A DNA stretch of 64,000 nucleotides from Euglena gracilis. Its lineage: Eukaryota. The translations under genes and the position numbers were made by a program. How positions within the stretch are numbered: the stretch's first letter is position 1; every line of letters starts with the position of its first letter. The stretch is taken from NCBI GenBank assembly GCA_039621445.1, contig CP154954.1, positions 28,700,417 to 28,764,416 on the forward strand. Reading direction: 5' to 3'. Below the pieces are notes generated by a model, which was not told where the DNA came from, made no database searches, and saw only the letters and a program-made list of their open reading frames with translations. Shown piece by piece: positions 10,221 to 55,180 of the stretch.

Positions 10221-13200
10221 ATGGCGGGTGGCGACCGGATGCCCCGGCTGGTGGCCCTCGACATCGATTACACGCTGTGGCCGTTCTGGGTCGACACGCA
10301 CCGCCATCCGCCATTCCGGCAGACGGCCCGGGGCGTGGTGGACGGCAGCGGCGAGGCGGTGGAGCTGTTTCCTGGCCACGGCTGCCCTTCCATTCGGGCG
10401 ATTTCAGGCGTGGTGGTGGAGGCACACCTCAAATCATGAAGAAACCTGAGCATGATATGTGCATATGCTTACATTTCCATTTTTTAAATCAATTTATTTT
10501 TATTAAATAATACATATATATATATTATAACATATATATATATATATATCTATGCATAATATTATAATAACACATGTATATGTTCAATATTCATTTTTTT
10601 TTATTATGTATTCAGTATTATTTACATTATGTATTAATATTATGCAAGGTGAAATTTGTCTCCCCCAAAAGAGGTCTCAGGTTTATTGAAGGATTAGTAT
10701 TCATAGACCTAGTTTTTGGACCAAAAATCCTAACTCTACTCCTTCAAACAAGCCTGAGACCCCTTTGGGGGTCACAAGTTTCATCCTGCCAATTTATTCA
10801 TTAATTATGTATTATGGCAGGGGTTTTTTTTGGAGTAGGGTTACAATATTAGCCTAATGGAGGACCAAATTTTGACAAAACTATTTTTTTGGCCTAAATT
10901 GACAAAGTGTGGACTTAATTCACACATAAATTGTTTCACTTTTTTTGCCTCTAGATTGGGTGTTGGGTTGGCATTTGAGTGGGGGTTAGGCTTTGCATGA
11001 AATGCTAATTCGGCCCTAAATTCAGCCGAAAGTCAGGGCTAATAAAGGCCTAAATTAGGCCCAAAGTCGCCCTATCTATCCACCCATATGGATTATCCAT
11101 ATGGATAGATCCATAACCCCCCCCCCCCCCTAATAAAAACGTGGGTGAAAATATAGTGGACTACCGCCTCTGGCGGCGGGGGGGGGGTGCGCTTCTATTT
11201 GGACCCTTCCTGCCCGATTTTTGTTGAATTCCTTTAGAAGCCCCAGCAAAATGGGGGGTGCGCTTGGAGCGGACTGCCGCCTTCGACGACGGGGGGGGGG
11301 TGCGCTTTTATTTGGACCCTGCGCTTGTAGCAACCCCGTGCTTCTATTTGGGGGGGCGGGTTTATCTATCCACGTGGATAGCTTTGGATCCAGTTTACAG
11401 ATCCAGATCTACAAACTGGATTCATAGTTTATGCTGGATGCATAGACTGTTCATTTACCTCAGAATTCTGGGGATTGAGCTGGACGTTTTAAACCCTGTC
11501 GTTATCGCCAACCAGAGCATTCGCTCAGTGGGCTCTGCAGGAGTGAAGTTCAAGGCTGCACCTCCGTCGTCCCAGACAAAAACACAGTCTGGGCCTTGAG
11601 GTTTAACCTGGCCAACCAAAGACCCTGGGTCGTTTTAAAAGTGGGACGGTTTTTTTTTGGTATGTTATCGTTGTTACATTTATTTTGTGTGTTTTTTTTA
11701 TATTATTTTTATCATCTTATTCCATCCATCATTCATGTTATTATTTTCGACATTTACCTCATGGCGCGGTGATACGGAGGCAATATATGGCACTTGGAGG
11801 AGTCCCCCCCCTTGCCTAAAGGGGGCCGCGGCGCCGACGTGCCCAGCATCCTGCTGGAGCTGCACGCCAACCCGGAGGTGCAGCTGGCGTACGTCAGCCG
11901 CACCGGGGAGCCCGCGTGGGCGGAGGAGGCCGCCCGGCCAGGGGGCCCTGCTGGCTGGGGGCTCCCCAACGCCAACCCGCCCAGTGGTCCCACGGGTGGC
12001 ATGGCGCCCTGCCGCGGACTGGTCCGACTGGCGGACTCCCGACCTGGCCCACGCCCCTGTCACCATTTTCCACATCCGGCAATTTTTTTTTTCTGAAACC
12101 GACTTCATTTCCCAGCGTGTGACAACAGGAAGCGAACCCAGCTTGGGAATTCTCTCTGATGGGGGGGGTGGGAGGGGGGCTCGTCCCACCGGGGATTTGC
12201 GCCCGCTGTTCGTTGCCGCCGAGCCGCCGAGCCGCCAGCCCCCAGCACACGATGTGGTCCGTGGCGGACCACCGGGAGGTCTACCCCGGCTCCAAGCTGA
12301 CCCACTTCCAGCGGCTGCACCAACGCACCGGCATCCCGCGCAAGGAGGACGGCCGAACGGAAGTGGCTGGGGTTTGGGGGGGTTGGGGTGAGGAGGGAGG
12401 GGAGGGACCACGGTATGGGCCACGGGGCTTGGCCCGAAATGAGGCGGGCTGGGGGACACAGGCTGGGGGGTGCAAGGCGGAGCGGTCCTGACAAGCCCAC
12501 TGTCGGAGGTAACGGGGTAACGGTAACGGGGCCAAGAACTGGCTGGCAACCATGAAGATGGGGACCAAAGGTTCGGGAGTATGAGTACTGACAGTTCAAA
12601 AAATCACCACACAGGTCTGATAAACACTGGCACATGGCACAAAATCTGCGGTGGATGGAGGGCAAACCTCCCGCGGTGATGCATGCTCAAGGTGGCCCAG
12701 CCCCACTGGTTCTCGGGGGCGCGGCATCACCTTGGCCCTGTACAGTGAAATGCTGTTCTTCGACGACGAGAGCCAAAACCAGGTCTTTACTCAAACAAGC
12801 ATAATGAGCATGGCTTCTATCAGCATCGAGTTTCTGCTTTCCTTGGAAAATGTGTAGCCCCCCCTCTTCTTGCCTGAGGTCCTGGATGCAACAGAGAGGT
12901 GGCCCAATTGTGCAGGGGGTCCCTGTCCCAAAGAGTGCCGCTATTTTCCCCTCTCAAATGTTTCCACAATAGAAAAAGCGAGGGAGATAAATGAAGTAAT
13001 ATATATATATATATATATTCACATATATATTGAAGTAATATGTATATATATATTCACATATATATTGAAGAAGGTAATTTATTATTTTCTATTTAAAATG
13101 GATCAGATTAAATTCAAAGTATTCCCTTCACGTTGAAGATGATTCTTTGCTCATTTCAAGTGTGTAGTATTAGACATTGGAACCGGTGAAAGGTCATACT

Positions 13201-13506
13201 TCCGTCCTGCAAACTGCATTTGGCAAATGCGACCCAGCGACCAGATCTCCCAATCTCAGCAACCACGATATGAAGCGTAAAATGGAAACTCCATTCCCCG
13301 GGCTGAAAGTCACATTTGTCACGTTTCTGACCGAAACCCGAAGTCCACCTCCCCATCCACACCTTGGCCCCCCAAAGCCGCCCCCACCGGCCCCCCTGCC
13401 CCCGGGGGTGACCTTCGTCCTGCTGGGGCACGACGGGCTGACACGCCGGGCGCTGGCGGAGGGGCTGGCCCTCTTCCGGGCCAACCAGGGCGGGCGCGGT
13501 CGATGA
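10221..13506 (+). CDS. MDP1: Magnesium-dependent phosphatase 1 (HAD superfamily, MDP-1 family)
   Basis: Exons 10221-10373, 11836-11935, 12017-~12030, ~12240-12337, 12740-12776, 12890-12909 and 13404-13506 join in frame. Motifs: LVALDIDYTLWPFWVDTH (HAD motif I DxDxT), YVSRT, EVYPGSKLTHF, MLFFDDESQNREVAQLGVTF and a C-terminal GLALF, all typical of MDP-1. Confidence 0.9.
10374..11835 (+). other. Nonconventional intron (MDP1 intron 1)
   Basis: CCT|GGCCACGGCTGCCC...GGGGGCCGCGGCGCC|GAC. Complementary ends and Y|R junctions; restores ELFPDVPSIL. Confidence 0.8.
11936..12016 (+). other. Nonconventional intron (MDP1 intron 2)
   Basis: C|GGCCAGGGGGCC...GGCGCCCTGCCGCG|GA. CAG at +4..6 and CTG at -8..-6; gives AEEAARLVRL. 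Confidence 0.75.
12338..12739 (+). other. Nonconventional intron (MDP1 intron 4)
   Basis: CC|GCGCAAGG...CCTTGGCCCT|G. CAA pairs with TTG; gives TGIPYSEMLFFDD. Confidence 0.8.
12777..12889 (+). other. Nonconventional intron (MDP1 intron 5)
   Basis: CAA|AACCAGG...CCTGGATGC|AAC. CAG/CTG in the canonical register. Confidence 0.75.
12910..13403 (+). other. Intermediate-type intron (GT start, paired non-AG end; MDP1 intron 6)
   Basis: TT|GTGCAGGGGG...CCCCCTGCCCCC|G. Gives EVAQLGVTFV. Confidence 0.75.
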
Positions 13507-14559
13507 CTCCCTGCCGCTCACTGCCCACCCCAGCCTCCTCCCCCGGGGTTCACACGGACCGGCCCGGGCATCGCCCTGCCTTTGCAATCACAGGGCTGCC
13601 CCCTCTCCAGGGCGAATGAATGGCGATGTGAATCATGCGAGCCACAGGGGAAATCCCCAGGCAGTTAGGGGGGGAAATGCTAAGTTTTGGAATATCAAAT
13701 GATTGAAAATGAAACAATTGAAAAATGTGAAACAGTCTAATTAGTAATGATTACAAAAACAATAAGGAATATATAGAAAAGTGTTCTCCTGCTGGTTCTT
13801 CCATCGGCAACTAACTATTTGGCAGGGGTTCTGATGTCTGTGTTAGCTGTGGGCGGACACCTCCCCCCCTCGCCATCAGGCCAAGCTTTTGTTCTGTCCT
13901 CGCCGCGGACCCGCTCACACGCACGTTGGCCCCGCTTGCCACCCTCGCCTGTACCCCTGCCGCGTTGCTGCCCTCCCCCTGCCGCCCTTCCGTCCTGGTT
14001 CGCGTCTCACCTGCGTGGGAGGCATTCTTGGTGTCTGTGACCGGTCCTACTTTGTGGGTCAGGAGTGCGCCTCCCTCCATAATGCCATATGCCATTTGCC
14101 CATATTGCCCATGTGCGTATTTGCCCTCCGGTCCATAAGGGATGGGAAGTTTTTTTTTTCTTCTCAAGGACTGTCCCTTGAGGACCGCCCTTAAGCTAAG
14201 GGACGGCCAATGGCTGATCTGGTGAAAAAGTTGAAAAACACATTTTTTTTTTGCCGTTTTGGGTGGATGGATCAAGGTTGCCAGAAATCACATCATCATC
14301 ACATTTTTTTCCCGAAGTCGCCCCATGTTTACCAAAATATGGCCATTTTTTGTCCATTTGTCATATGATTTTTTCATTGACTGTGCTGGGACAAGAAAAA
14401 AAAAGGGTTTTCCCCCGTTAAGTACCGCCCTGCACTGACCATGTCTGCCATGGCGTCCCCCTCCCTCAACACTTGTTACCACCCCAAAGGTTCTTGCTGT
14501 TCGGCTGGGGTGCCGGTCGGCCGCGCGGTGTTTCCGGCGCCCGAAGTGCTCAGCCTCTC

Positions 14560-14602
14560 GCCCCCATCCCCTCCCTTCTCCCCCCGTTTGCGTTTCTCTC
14601 AG
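14560..14602 (+). promoter_or_regulatory. Putative spliced-leader trans-splice acceptor of the fibrillin gene
   Basis: Long pyrimidine tract ending TTTCTCTCAG, 32 nt before ATG 14635. Confidence 0.45.
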
Positions 14603-14634
14603 CCTGCCCCGCCCTACTGTGGGCCCCACACCCA

Positions 14635-26942
<12,308 letters not shown>

Positions 26943-28105
26943 GCCTCCCCCGGCCCAACCTCGCACCAGTGTGTTAGAGCACCGCCCCCTTCTTCGCACC
27001 GGCTCATGTGCTGCCGCTGCACACCCCAGGAATGATGCACACGTATGCGCCGACTCAAGGGTGATTATACACAAGACTGTGGCAAATGTTTCTTTTTTCC
27101 ATTCTGAAACGGGATATCTCCTCCACATAATTTCTGATATCAACATGACATCTGTTCGGCCACCATCCATGCCATCCGGGTTGTGGATGTGGAACTGGGT
27201 TCTGGGGTCCCAACCAGTGCCAGCACAGCCCCGCCACTGTTGGTTCGATGTCCAATGCGGTGCCCGTCCGCTTGGGGAGACACGTGCGGCTCCGCCCGCC
27301 CCAGTGCCGCAACGTCCCCTGCATTGTCCCCTCCGTGCTGTGTCATGTGGGCCCGGCTGCCGGCCTCCTCATCTTTCTAGCGCCCCACGCCATGCGAGGT
27401 AGTACATTCTGTTCAACGCATCCCTGGGATGCCTATCGCGTATATCTGTTATATTTTTCACTGGACAGATCTCCAGCGCATCGGAGCAATGTATTCACCT
27501 TTCATTCTTGACAGCTTTGACAACATTGTTTGCATTTTACTTTTGATGTTTTTTTTTAATTTTTTGTGCATTTTCATTTAATTTTTACGCAAAAATTCTA
27601 TGTGTATCATAACTTTGGAAAACGGCGAGGAGTGCGATGTTTTTTAAAGGCAGCAATTACGTTAGCCCCCCAATTAGAAGCCCCCTGGGGCTACTATTCG
27701 GTCGCACTGTGGACAGTCTGAGGGAGGGGGCTTCTATTTTGGTACCCCTCTTTACTTCGGCCAAAGGACGGCTGAGGCCGGTCCGGGGATTTAACAGGGT
27801 CGAAATGAAAGAACAGTCGAAAACCCTGACTTTGACGTTTGATGTTATGGGGATGGCCAATGGTCCAAAGGTGCCAGATATCAGCTTTCCCCAAAGTGGG
27901 CTTTTGGCCAGATATCGCAAGTTTTCCCTCCATTTTTTGGGCTGGGTTTTGGCTGGCCCTACGGGGGGGGGGGGGGTTGTTGTTTGGATTTTTGGCTGTC
28001 AGCCCGAGGGGGCTTTTAATTGTTAGAATAATGAAGATCAGTTTATAAGGAAATGAAATGAAAGCTTAGCAATGCCATTGCACATCGAACGAAACCATTA
28101 AAGAG

Positions 28106-28642
28106 CAGACTTGTAGGTGCGACCGGAAAAATTGTTTCTATGCGCCGCGACCACCGTGGTATTTTTTTTTTTGCAACCGACAGCGCCGCAGCTATTTTTT
28201 TTGTGTTCCGCGACCGCAAAATGTGTGCCGCGACCGCCGCAGAACTCTTTGAAGCTTGTGCCGTGACCGCCGCGGCAATTTTCAGTTTTTTTTTTCTGTG
28301 CTGCAGAAACCATCACCATCTTGTCCCCTGTCTGGCCTCTTTGATGCTTTCTCGACCATGATGGAGATGGGTGTTAGGTGGCAGGGAGTGAGATTTTGTG
28401 CTGGCATTGTGATTTACTTACACAGGTTATCTGCACTGGTAATATTGTTGGGTGCTGCACTGCTCTGAAGAATTTCCATTTCGTGCACCGCGGCAATGTA
28501 ATTGCCTGCGCCGCGACCACCGCAGCAAAATTGTTTCGTTGTGCTGCGACCATCATGGCAATAAATTTGCTTGGCTGCGACCACCGCGGCAAAAAAAATT
28601 GTGTACCGCAGCATGAGCCCCGCGGAGTACAAACTACAACTG
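28106..28642. mobile_element. hAT-type MITE, 8-bp TSD TTAAAGAG
   Basis: TTAAAGAG|CAGACTTGTAG...CTACAACTG|TTAAAGAG; internal CCGCGACCACCGC motifs. Confidence 0.75.
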
Positions 28643-29213
28643 TTAAAGAGCCATTAAACAGAAGTTGAATTATTATTTTATTAAGACCCAATTGAAATGT
28701 CCTTTTTTCGACGTTGTCTTTGCAAAATGCTTTAGCTTTAGCGGGATGCTGCATTTGCCCCCTTCATTTTCTTTTTTTTCCCTTTCCTTTCCTTTCTTTT
28801 CCTTTCTTTGGGCTTGTCTTGTGTTCCCACTCTGTGCTCATGGGAAACCAGCCTCGGGAAAGAATTTTTTTTTTGAAGAGAGAGAAAGACGTGGGGGAGA
28901 GGGGTGGGCACTCCTGCCACCCAGTCAGCCTGGGTCGAACCCATGCCTCGCACCTAAGATGTGTGTGCGTGCATGTGTGTGCCTTGTGTGTTGTGTGTCT
29001 TAGACGGCCGGGAATACCAGGAAATCATTGAGCAGGCCTGCGTCCCGGCCATTGAGACAGCATCAAAGACCCCCTGATGTTCCCGGCCTAAGTGTGTTGT
29101 GTGTTATGTGTTGTGTATGGGTGTCATCCACGTGCCCCATGCCCCATTATTCTTATATTATTCGCCTCAGGTTCGTTTTCTTTCTCCTCCCCCTCTCTCT
29201 CTTTCTTGTATCA

Positions 29214-48940
<19,727 letters not shown>

Positions 48941-49250
48941 AGGCTGGATTCTTTCACAAAAAGGGGGCAAGGCCGCCTCCTGTGCAGTAACCCCCCCCAA
49001 ATATAAAGCCCCCCCTTGATGTGGAGCAATACACTGGTGTCATTTTTGGGTGGATACAACATTTTTTTTACCAGAGATGCTTCATTTAGATAAGAATTGC
49101 ACATTTTTACGAAAAATGGGAGGTACACAACAAAAATTTGGCATACAATTGGGATTTGGCCACAATTTGAAGGCTGCCGAAGGTCATAGGGGCCACCCAA
49201 AAAAGTTTGATCCCCCCAAAATACGGGTGGGATGCCACGGGAGGTAGGTT

Positions 49251-49570
49251 CGTGGGAGGTGGGTGCCGCGGCCGGCCGCAGCCGGCCGTCAACCTACCAA
49301 AACAGGATTTTGGTAGGGCCGCGGCCGACTGCGACCCTACCACAGCCAATTTTGGCTCTCAGAATTTTGAATTGGTAGGGCCGCGGCTGGCCGCGGCCCT
49401 ACCAAATTTTTTTTTGGTGGGACCGCGGTCAGCCGCGGCCAGCCGCGGCCCTACCAAAAGCATTTTTTTTGGTTGGGTCGCGGCCGGCCGCGGTCAGCCG
49501 CGGCCCTACCAAATGCATTTTTTTGGTGGGTCGCGGTCGGCCGCGGCCGACCGCGGCCCCACCTCCCATG
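49251..49570. mobile_element. CCGCGG-rich MITE-like element (copy A)
   Basis: Inverted ends CGTGGGAGGTGGG / CCCACCTCCCATG; dense CCGCGGCC and CCTACCAAA motifs; no TSD seen. Confidence 0.6.
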
Positions 49571-50076
49571 ACTGTCCGAGCACTGTTCTGCCAGCCACCG
49601 ATCCAGCCTTCGTTCCCTGCGTCCTCTGCTATTCTGAGAGACCCACGGTGATACGCTCTCTGTGGCAGTTGGTAATTGGCTCCACATAATTCCAAAACCA
49701 TGGCGTACTTGTAAATAATAGTACAATGAAAAATATGCATTTAAAAAGTAAATTCCTCTCCATGTTCTTTTAGGGACGAAACCGTGTTAACGAAACCGGG
49801 TTAAAAACATGGGGGGACCCTCGCTCGGCGCCTTCGGCGCCTCGCTCGGGTCCCCCCATGTGTATTACCCCTAGTTGGGCGGCTCTTTGGGGTAGCTGGT
49901 ACCTTGTAGGGGCCAATTTATCACGCCCCAGACGCCCAACACCCCCCACAGCCCTCCCTTGGAGTTGGTAACACAAGTGATTCGCCCCCTGATACGACCA
50001 AATTCCACATGGTGGTTTTTGACAGCAAAAGCCGACCCTTAAAAAAGGCTTGTATGGAACCCGAGGTTCATTCTCG

Positions 50077-50112
50077 GATGCGAGGTGGGTATCGAACCCA
50101 CGACCTCAGGGT
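50077..50112 (-). pseudogene. tRNA-like 3' half (T-arm / B box) fragment
   Basis: Minus strand ACCCTGAGGTC-GTGGG-TTCGATA-CCCAC-CTCGCAT; perfect 5-bp T stem, 7-nt loop; no 5' half found. Confidence 0.4.
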
Positions 50113-50446
50113 CACGGGAGGTTGGGTCGCGGTCGGCCGCGGCCAACCGCGACCCAACCATTTTTTTTTCTTTAAGGTAGGGTAACGGCCGACCGCGGTT
50201 GACCGCGGTCAGCCGCGACCCTACCAAAACATTGCCGAAGGTTTGGTCGCGGCCGGCCGCGGCTGACCGCGGCCGGCCGCGACCCAACCACGTCCTTTTG
50301 TGCTGGGACATGGTAGGGCCGCCGCTGACCGCGGCCCTACCAAAAAAAAATTTGGCATGCCGCGGCCCTACCTAAATTTTTTTTGGTAGGGCCGCGGTCG
50401 GCCGCGGCTGGCCGCGACCCTACCAACGGTCGCCCTACCTCCCGTG
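50113..50446. mobile_element. CCGCGG-rich MITE-like element (copy B)
   Basis: TIR CACGGGAGGT / ACCTCCCGTG; same internal motifs as copy A. Confidence 0.65.
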
Positions 50447-50782
50447 AATGACCACCCCCCAAAATACCCCCCCCAATATAAAGCCTTCCTTAGGGTCTTG
50501 AAATCCCGTCCAAATATAAAACCGGGGGCGTTATATTGTGGGGGGTTAGCCACTGTCCCCAACACCCCCAGGTATTATTTTTACGGTGAAAAATTCTCAA
50601 GGTTTGCAAGGTTTTCAAGGGTTTAAAGGAATTTTTTTTTATGGTTCTCAATTTTTTGAGGCTATTTAAGATTTTAAGGTTCTGTTTTCCAAGGGTGGTC
50701 AAGCGCATCAAATGAGGTCCAAAATAAAACGCCAAGAAACCCATTATCATTATCATTTTCATTATCATCATTATTATCATTA

Positions 50783-51387
50783 CAGTGTGGCTAAAAATTA
50801 CGGAAGACAAAAATTACGGCAAAAAAAAATTACGAGAAAAAAAATTTTGGCAAAATTTTTATTTTGGAAAAATTAATTTTGGCAAAATCTGGTCCCCGTG
50901 AAGGATTGACCTCCGGCACAGGTGAGCGAGATTTTTGTCCTAATTGTGTGTTCAACGTATTTTTCTGTCCCCCAGTGGCTGCAATCACTCGAGGCTTCCA
51001 AAAAAATGGGGGAACGTTCAAGATCGGTCAGGCATGGGCAAAATATTCGCTGGCAAAAACAGAATGGAGGCCGTTCGCTGCAACTTCTGATAGAATTGTA
51101 CCACTGATCAGGTGTCAGTAATTTCTAATGCAGAGCAATTTTTGCTGTGATTTTCCCCAGGTGCTTGATGCCGATCGCCCGTTTTTCAAGGAGCTGGCTG
51201 AGCATATACCATTGAAGAAACTGACATTCAATTGGGATGAGTATTGTGTTCTTTTGGGCACAAACCAGAAGTGGGCTGGAAGAGGGCGTCGGAAACCGAC
51301 GGAGTGAGAAAATTACGAGAAAAAAATTATGGCAAAATTTGGGTATTTTGCCAAAATTTCTGTCTTCCGTAATTTTTAGCCGCACTG
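50783..51387. mobile_element. Tc1/mariner-type MITE, TA TSD
   Basis: TA|CAGTGTGGCTAAAAATTACGGAAGACA...TGTCTTCCGTAATTTTTAGCCGCACTG|TA (26/27 TIR), inside an (ATT/ATC)n tract. Confidence 0.85.
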
Positions 51388-51811
51388 TATTATCATTATT
51401 ATTATTTCGAGTTTGGGTGGATAGAAAATGTTGCTGCAATGCCAGAAATTTCCAGCAATGCTATATATTTTTTTGCGAGAGTGATTATGAGAGTGATTTT
51501 TTAAAGGTTTTTAAATTTTTTTAACGTCCCCTGGGCGGGTGGTGGTCGGCAGCATGGGAAAGTCTCATTTTTGCCCATTTTGGACGAAAGGCAGCCACCT
51601 TAACCTTAACAGAGAAACAGAGCCCCCAGCTGCAGTTGGCTAGAAGCACAGCCTGGGCCCAATGGCTCCCGGAACACCTCCCCAAGGGATGCCGTGGGCC
51701 ACACTTGTGCCACCAACCCACTTTGCTGGCTTCAATTCGATGCATGCACCCCACCGCTACGATGATGCCCACGGAGATCCTGAACCCCCAATGAATGCCA
51801 GACGCTTTGCA

Positions 51812-54800
51812 CTTAGACGGCCGGGAATGCACTTTTCATTTTTGGTGGTTTTTTTGCGCACCTGCGCATTCTTTTGTGACCAAGTGCGTTGCCATCACTT
51901 GACGGGGCGGCGCACCCGTCAAGTCGAGGTGATCAAGTGGAAATGTGTACCACGACTTCTGGCGTCGTGAGGATTTCTTTGAGGAATCCGACTTTTTTCA
52001 CTTTTGGGAGACCTGTTTTTGACCTCCACCGGCAGGGGGAAACACCTCGTCAAGCGAAGCCAATGCGACACGAAACGCTGTTTTTCGGGGCGGCACCCTC
52101 GTCCGGTGAAGGCGTTGTACCTGTCGCTGTCCCCCCTGTTTTGTGGTGCCCAGTGACTGCGCAGGTGCGCATTCACCCCCCTCTCCGTCCCGGCCTTTTC
52201 CTGAAGTTGTGGACAGTAATTGTGGCTCTCAGGGGTGGTTGTGGCAAGGGGGCATTGTTGTCCGTACGGTTAGAGTGGAGGGGAGGTTCTGTGCCCTGTG
52301 CTGGAAGCAGGGCACGAGGGGGCGCTAGCCAATGTTTGGTGTGTGCGTGCAGTCTGCATTCAGAGAGTGGTGGGGGGTGGGTTTAAATCCACACAACATG
52401 CCTGTAGGGGGGGGGCTCGTTACCCTTCGTTAGGCCTGCGTGCTGTTTGTTATTGCACACGGTGCACTGCACCCCTCCGTGACATATGCAGGCACAGCAT
52501 CCCTCCAGTGGCGCACACCGTCCGCTCCCCATGTGCCTTCTCATAGGCACCACGCACATCACCATGTGGGACCACCTGTGTTCAGGTGTGACGTTTGGGA
52601 TGAGGTGCTGGGTATGGAGGGGGATGGAGGGGGGGCTGGCTTGCACGCCTTTCCTGTGTGTCACTGGTTTTGAAAGCTACGGAGCAGAGTCCCGCTTCAA
52701 CCCTTTCTGCCACAGACTACACCCTCCCGAACAGCCTCACCACCAACATAAAATGGCTCCTCTCCGAGGGTGCACGAAGCACAAGAATGCGCACGTGCGC
52801 ACTCTTGAAGCTATTCCTTCACTGGCTGGATCTGCAGGAGAGCAGGAGGGGAGCAGCACTGGGCATCCACAAGAGTGCGCACCTGCGTATTTTTAATGAG
52901 GGGGAGTGCGCAGGTGCGCATTACCTGTGTTGTGGGGAGCTGTGTCTAACACTCCTGAACCCAGTGCCAGCACAGCATTGTGGCAGGGCTACCCCCATGG
53001 TGCACTGCTGGCCTTTTTGTCAGCGATTTCAGAGGCATCTCATTTGCACAGGAGGAATCCGCCAGAGTAGGGTGTATGTCTCCTGGGATGTGTCTGCACC
53101 TTGTGTGCTGAGTTGTTGAAATCGTCCTGTACAGCAACCTCCTACCAGGGTGCTTTACGGAGAGGCACAAGAAGGGAATGCGCACCCTGTGCGCATTCAC
53201 CCCGATGTGCCATGTTTGACTGCAGCCATTGCGGATGAGGTGTGTGGAGAAGTTGTATGCATATGCTATTTCCCTGGTTTTCACAGCAGCCAAGGGTTGT
53301 GAAGTTTGCAGTATTGGAGCGTCGACCCTAAGTTCATGATAAATAAAGGTTCTATGTGGTGGGTGACGTTTGTTGCCAACAAGGCCACAGGTGGTGGTCC
53401 TCCTCTGCCGTGTTTCGCTCCAGGGCTGCCTCGTTCTCGGACACCATTCGATCCTCGCAAGGAGATCTACATTTCAGCCGTGTGGTTTCAAACCCAGGTC
53501 AGGCAGGGCGTTGGCGTGGGTGGTGGTGGCATGCCCACCTGGGAGTGCAAATATTTGACGGTGTGGCTGTAATTTAAAGAAAGGCACAGGACGCTTTTTT
53601 GCGCATGTGCGCATTCACCGTCTCTTCACTCATGCCATGAAAGACTGCTGACCGCAGTTGGGAATTAGGGTGCCCGTCACTGAGGAATTTCCTCAGGCAC
53701 TGCAGTCCCTTTCTCATCTGTTTCCCCTTGGTACGACACAGTGGAATACACAGAAAAAGCAGAGCGGAAAAATTGCTGGGTTTATCGGCAAGGTTTTGTT
53801 GTGATGTGTTTGTGCATGTCTCATGATTTCAAGGGCCTGGAGAAATTTTGGGGCCAGGACTGACCAATGGTGTTCGCTTCTTTGAGTCCATTTGGATTGT
53901 AAAATAATTCCGTGTTTACAGACCGTTTTTGGGAATGATGCTGAAGGCGGCGACAGGGGTGTTTCGCTCTCGAGGTGCCAACCCAGAGAGCACCATGTGT
54001 GGTACCAGACAAAATCCCCTGCGTTGACCCTAATTGTGGGGCACAGTGCTCCTGGCACCATGCACCGCAGCCCAACATTAGGGTGTTCAAGGCGCCCATT
54101 GGCTGTGTGCTGCCATGCACGCTCTGGGGTGTGGGATCGGACAACGCTGGCATCAACCGGCCCATCACCTCCCCCGGGTGGGGGACGGTTGCACGTGCGT
54201 TGTGACGTGCTCCACACGTTGATGAGAGGAGCATAGGCTGGGCTGGGCAGTGGACTGCAGCGGGTGAAGTCGAATGCACAGGTGCGCATTCTGATTTGTT
54301 CGGTGACTTGACCTGCAGGGGGGCAGTCAGTTCCCCTGCCACTGAAGGGCATGGATGCGTGCCCTGACACCTGCCGTCACCGAGCCCAGGGTTTTCCACG
54401 CCGCTGCAGGTGTCGTGTATCAGGGTGTTGTCTGGTCCAGCGACAATTGTTGCCAAGAATGATTCTGTTGGTTCATCTCCTCCTCACATACCCGTGTTCC
54501 CAAAGCCCGAAACCACATCACAGCGGTGCACGACTCGGATTCAAGGCAGGCAAACAACAGGCCACACCCAGTGCGTCCTTCAACATCAATGCGCGTGTGC
54601 GTATTCCCTCCTTCCCACAGCCTGTCTCTATTTCCAAAAAATGTGCAGGCACATTCTTTGAGGTTGCAAAAAAAGCGCAGGTGCGCATTCTTCGGCCTTG
54701 ATACTCAGTGACACCTCTGTTGTTTTGACCTTGGGAGGGCTGCGTCTCCATGGCTGCAAGGTGCTCCTTCCCATGCTCATCCTGGGTTCACCAGGCCCTG

Positions 54801-55180
54801 CCCCCCGGAAGCCATCAGCATGCATCGGTGAACACAAGGTAGCACACCCAGGTCCAGGTTGGTGTGCGTCGCCGTGTTCCGCATGCGTGTGTGGAGTGTG
54901 CCGAGTGTGTGTCCAGCCACGCACTGTACCACAGTCGTCGGGAAACAGCTGTAAACAGCATGATACGTAGTTGAACCAGTAAACAGGGGGTAGTCCTTGT
55001 GGTCGTGTAACATCCAAACAGCTCATTTTTGTGGTGTGTACACCCAGTTTGAGAGAGACATCAAGCCATCTAGAATGCGCACCTGCGCACACCGCTTCCG
55101 AAATGCGCGGATGCGCATTTTCACTAAAACTGTCAGAATTTTGTAACTCGACAAGAAAAGTGCACTCCCGGCCGTCTAAG
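51812..55180. mobile_element. CTTAG-TIR DNA transposon, 3.37 kb, 5-bp TSD TTGCA
   Basis: TIR CTTAGACGGCCGGGA(A/G)TGCACTTTT; TTGCA at 51807-51811 and 55181-55185; about ten TGCGCACCTGCGCA-like palindromes through the body; no recognisable intact ORF. Confidence 0.85.

Noticed and set aside
11698-12549. 283-aa minus-strand ORF and similar GC-rich antisense ORFs
   Set aside because: Antisense shadows of GC-rich + strand exons; low complexity, no motifs.
52946-53293. HIPGDIHPTLADSS resembling a retroelement RNase H motif
   Set aside because: No RT, integrase or other RNase H motifs nearby; a short match expected by chance.
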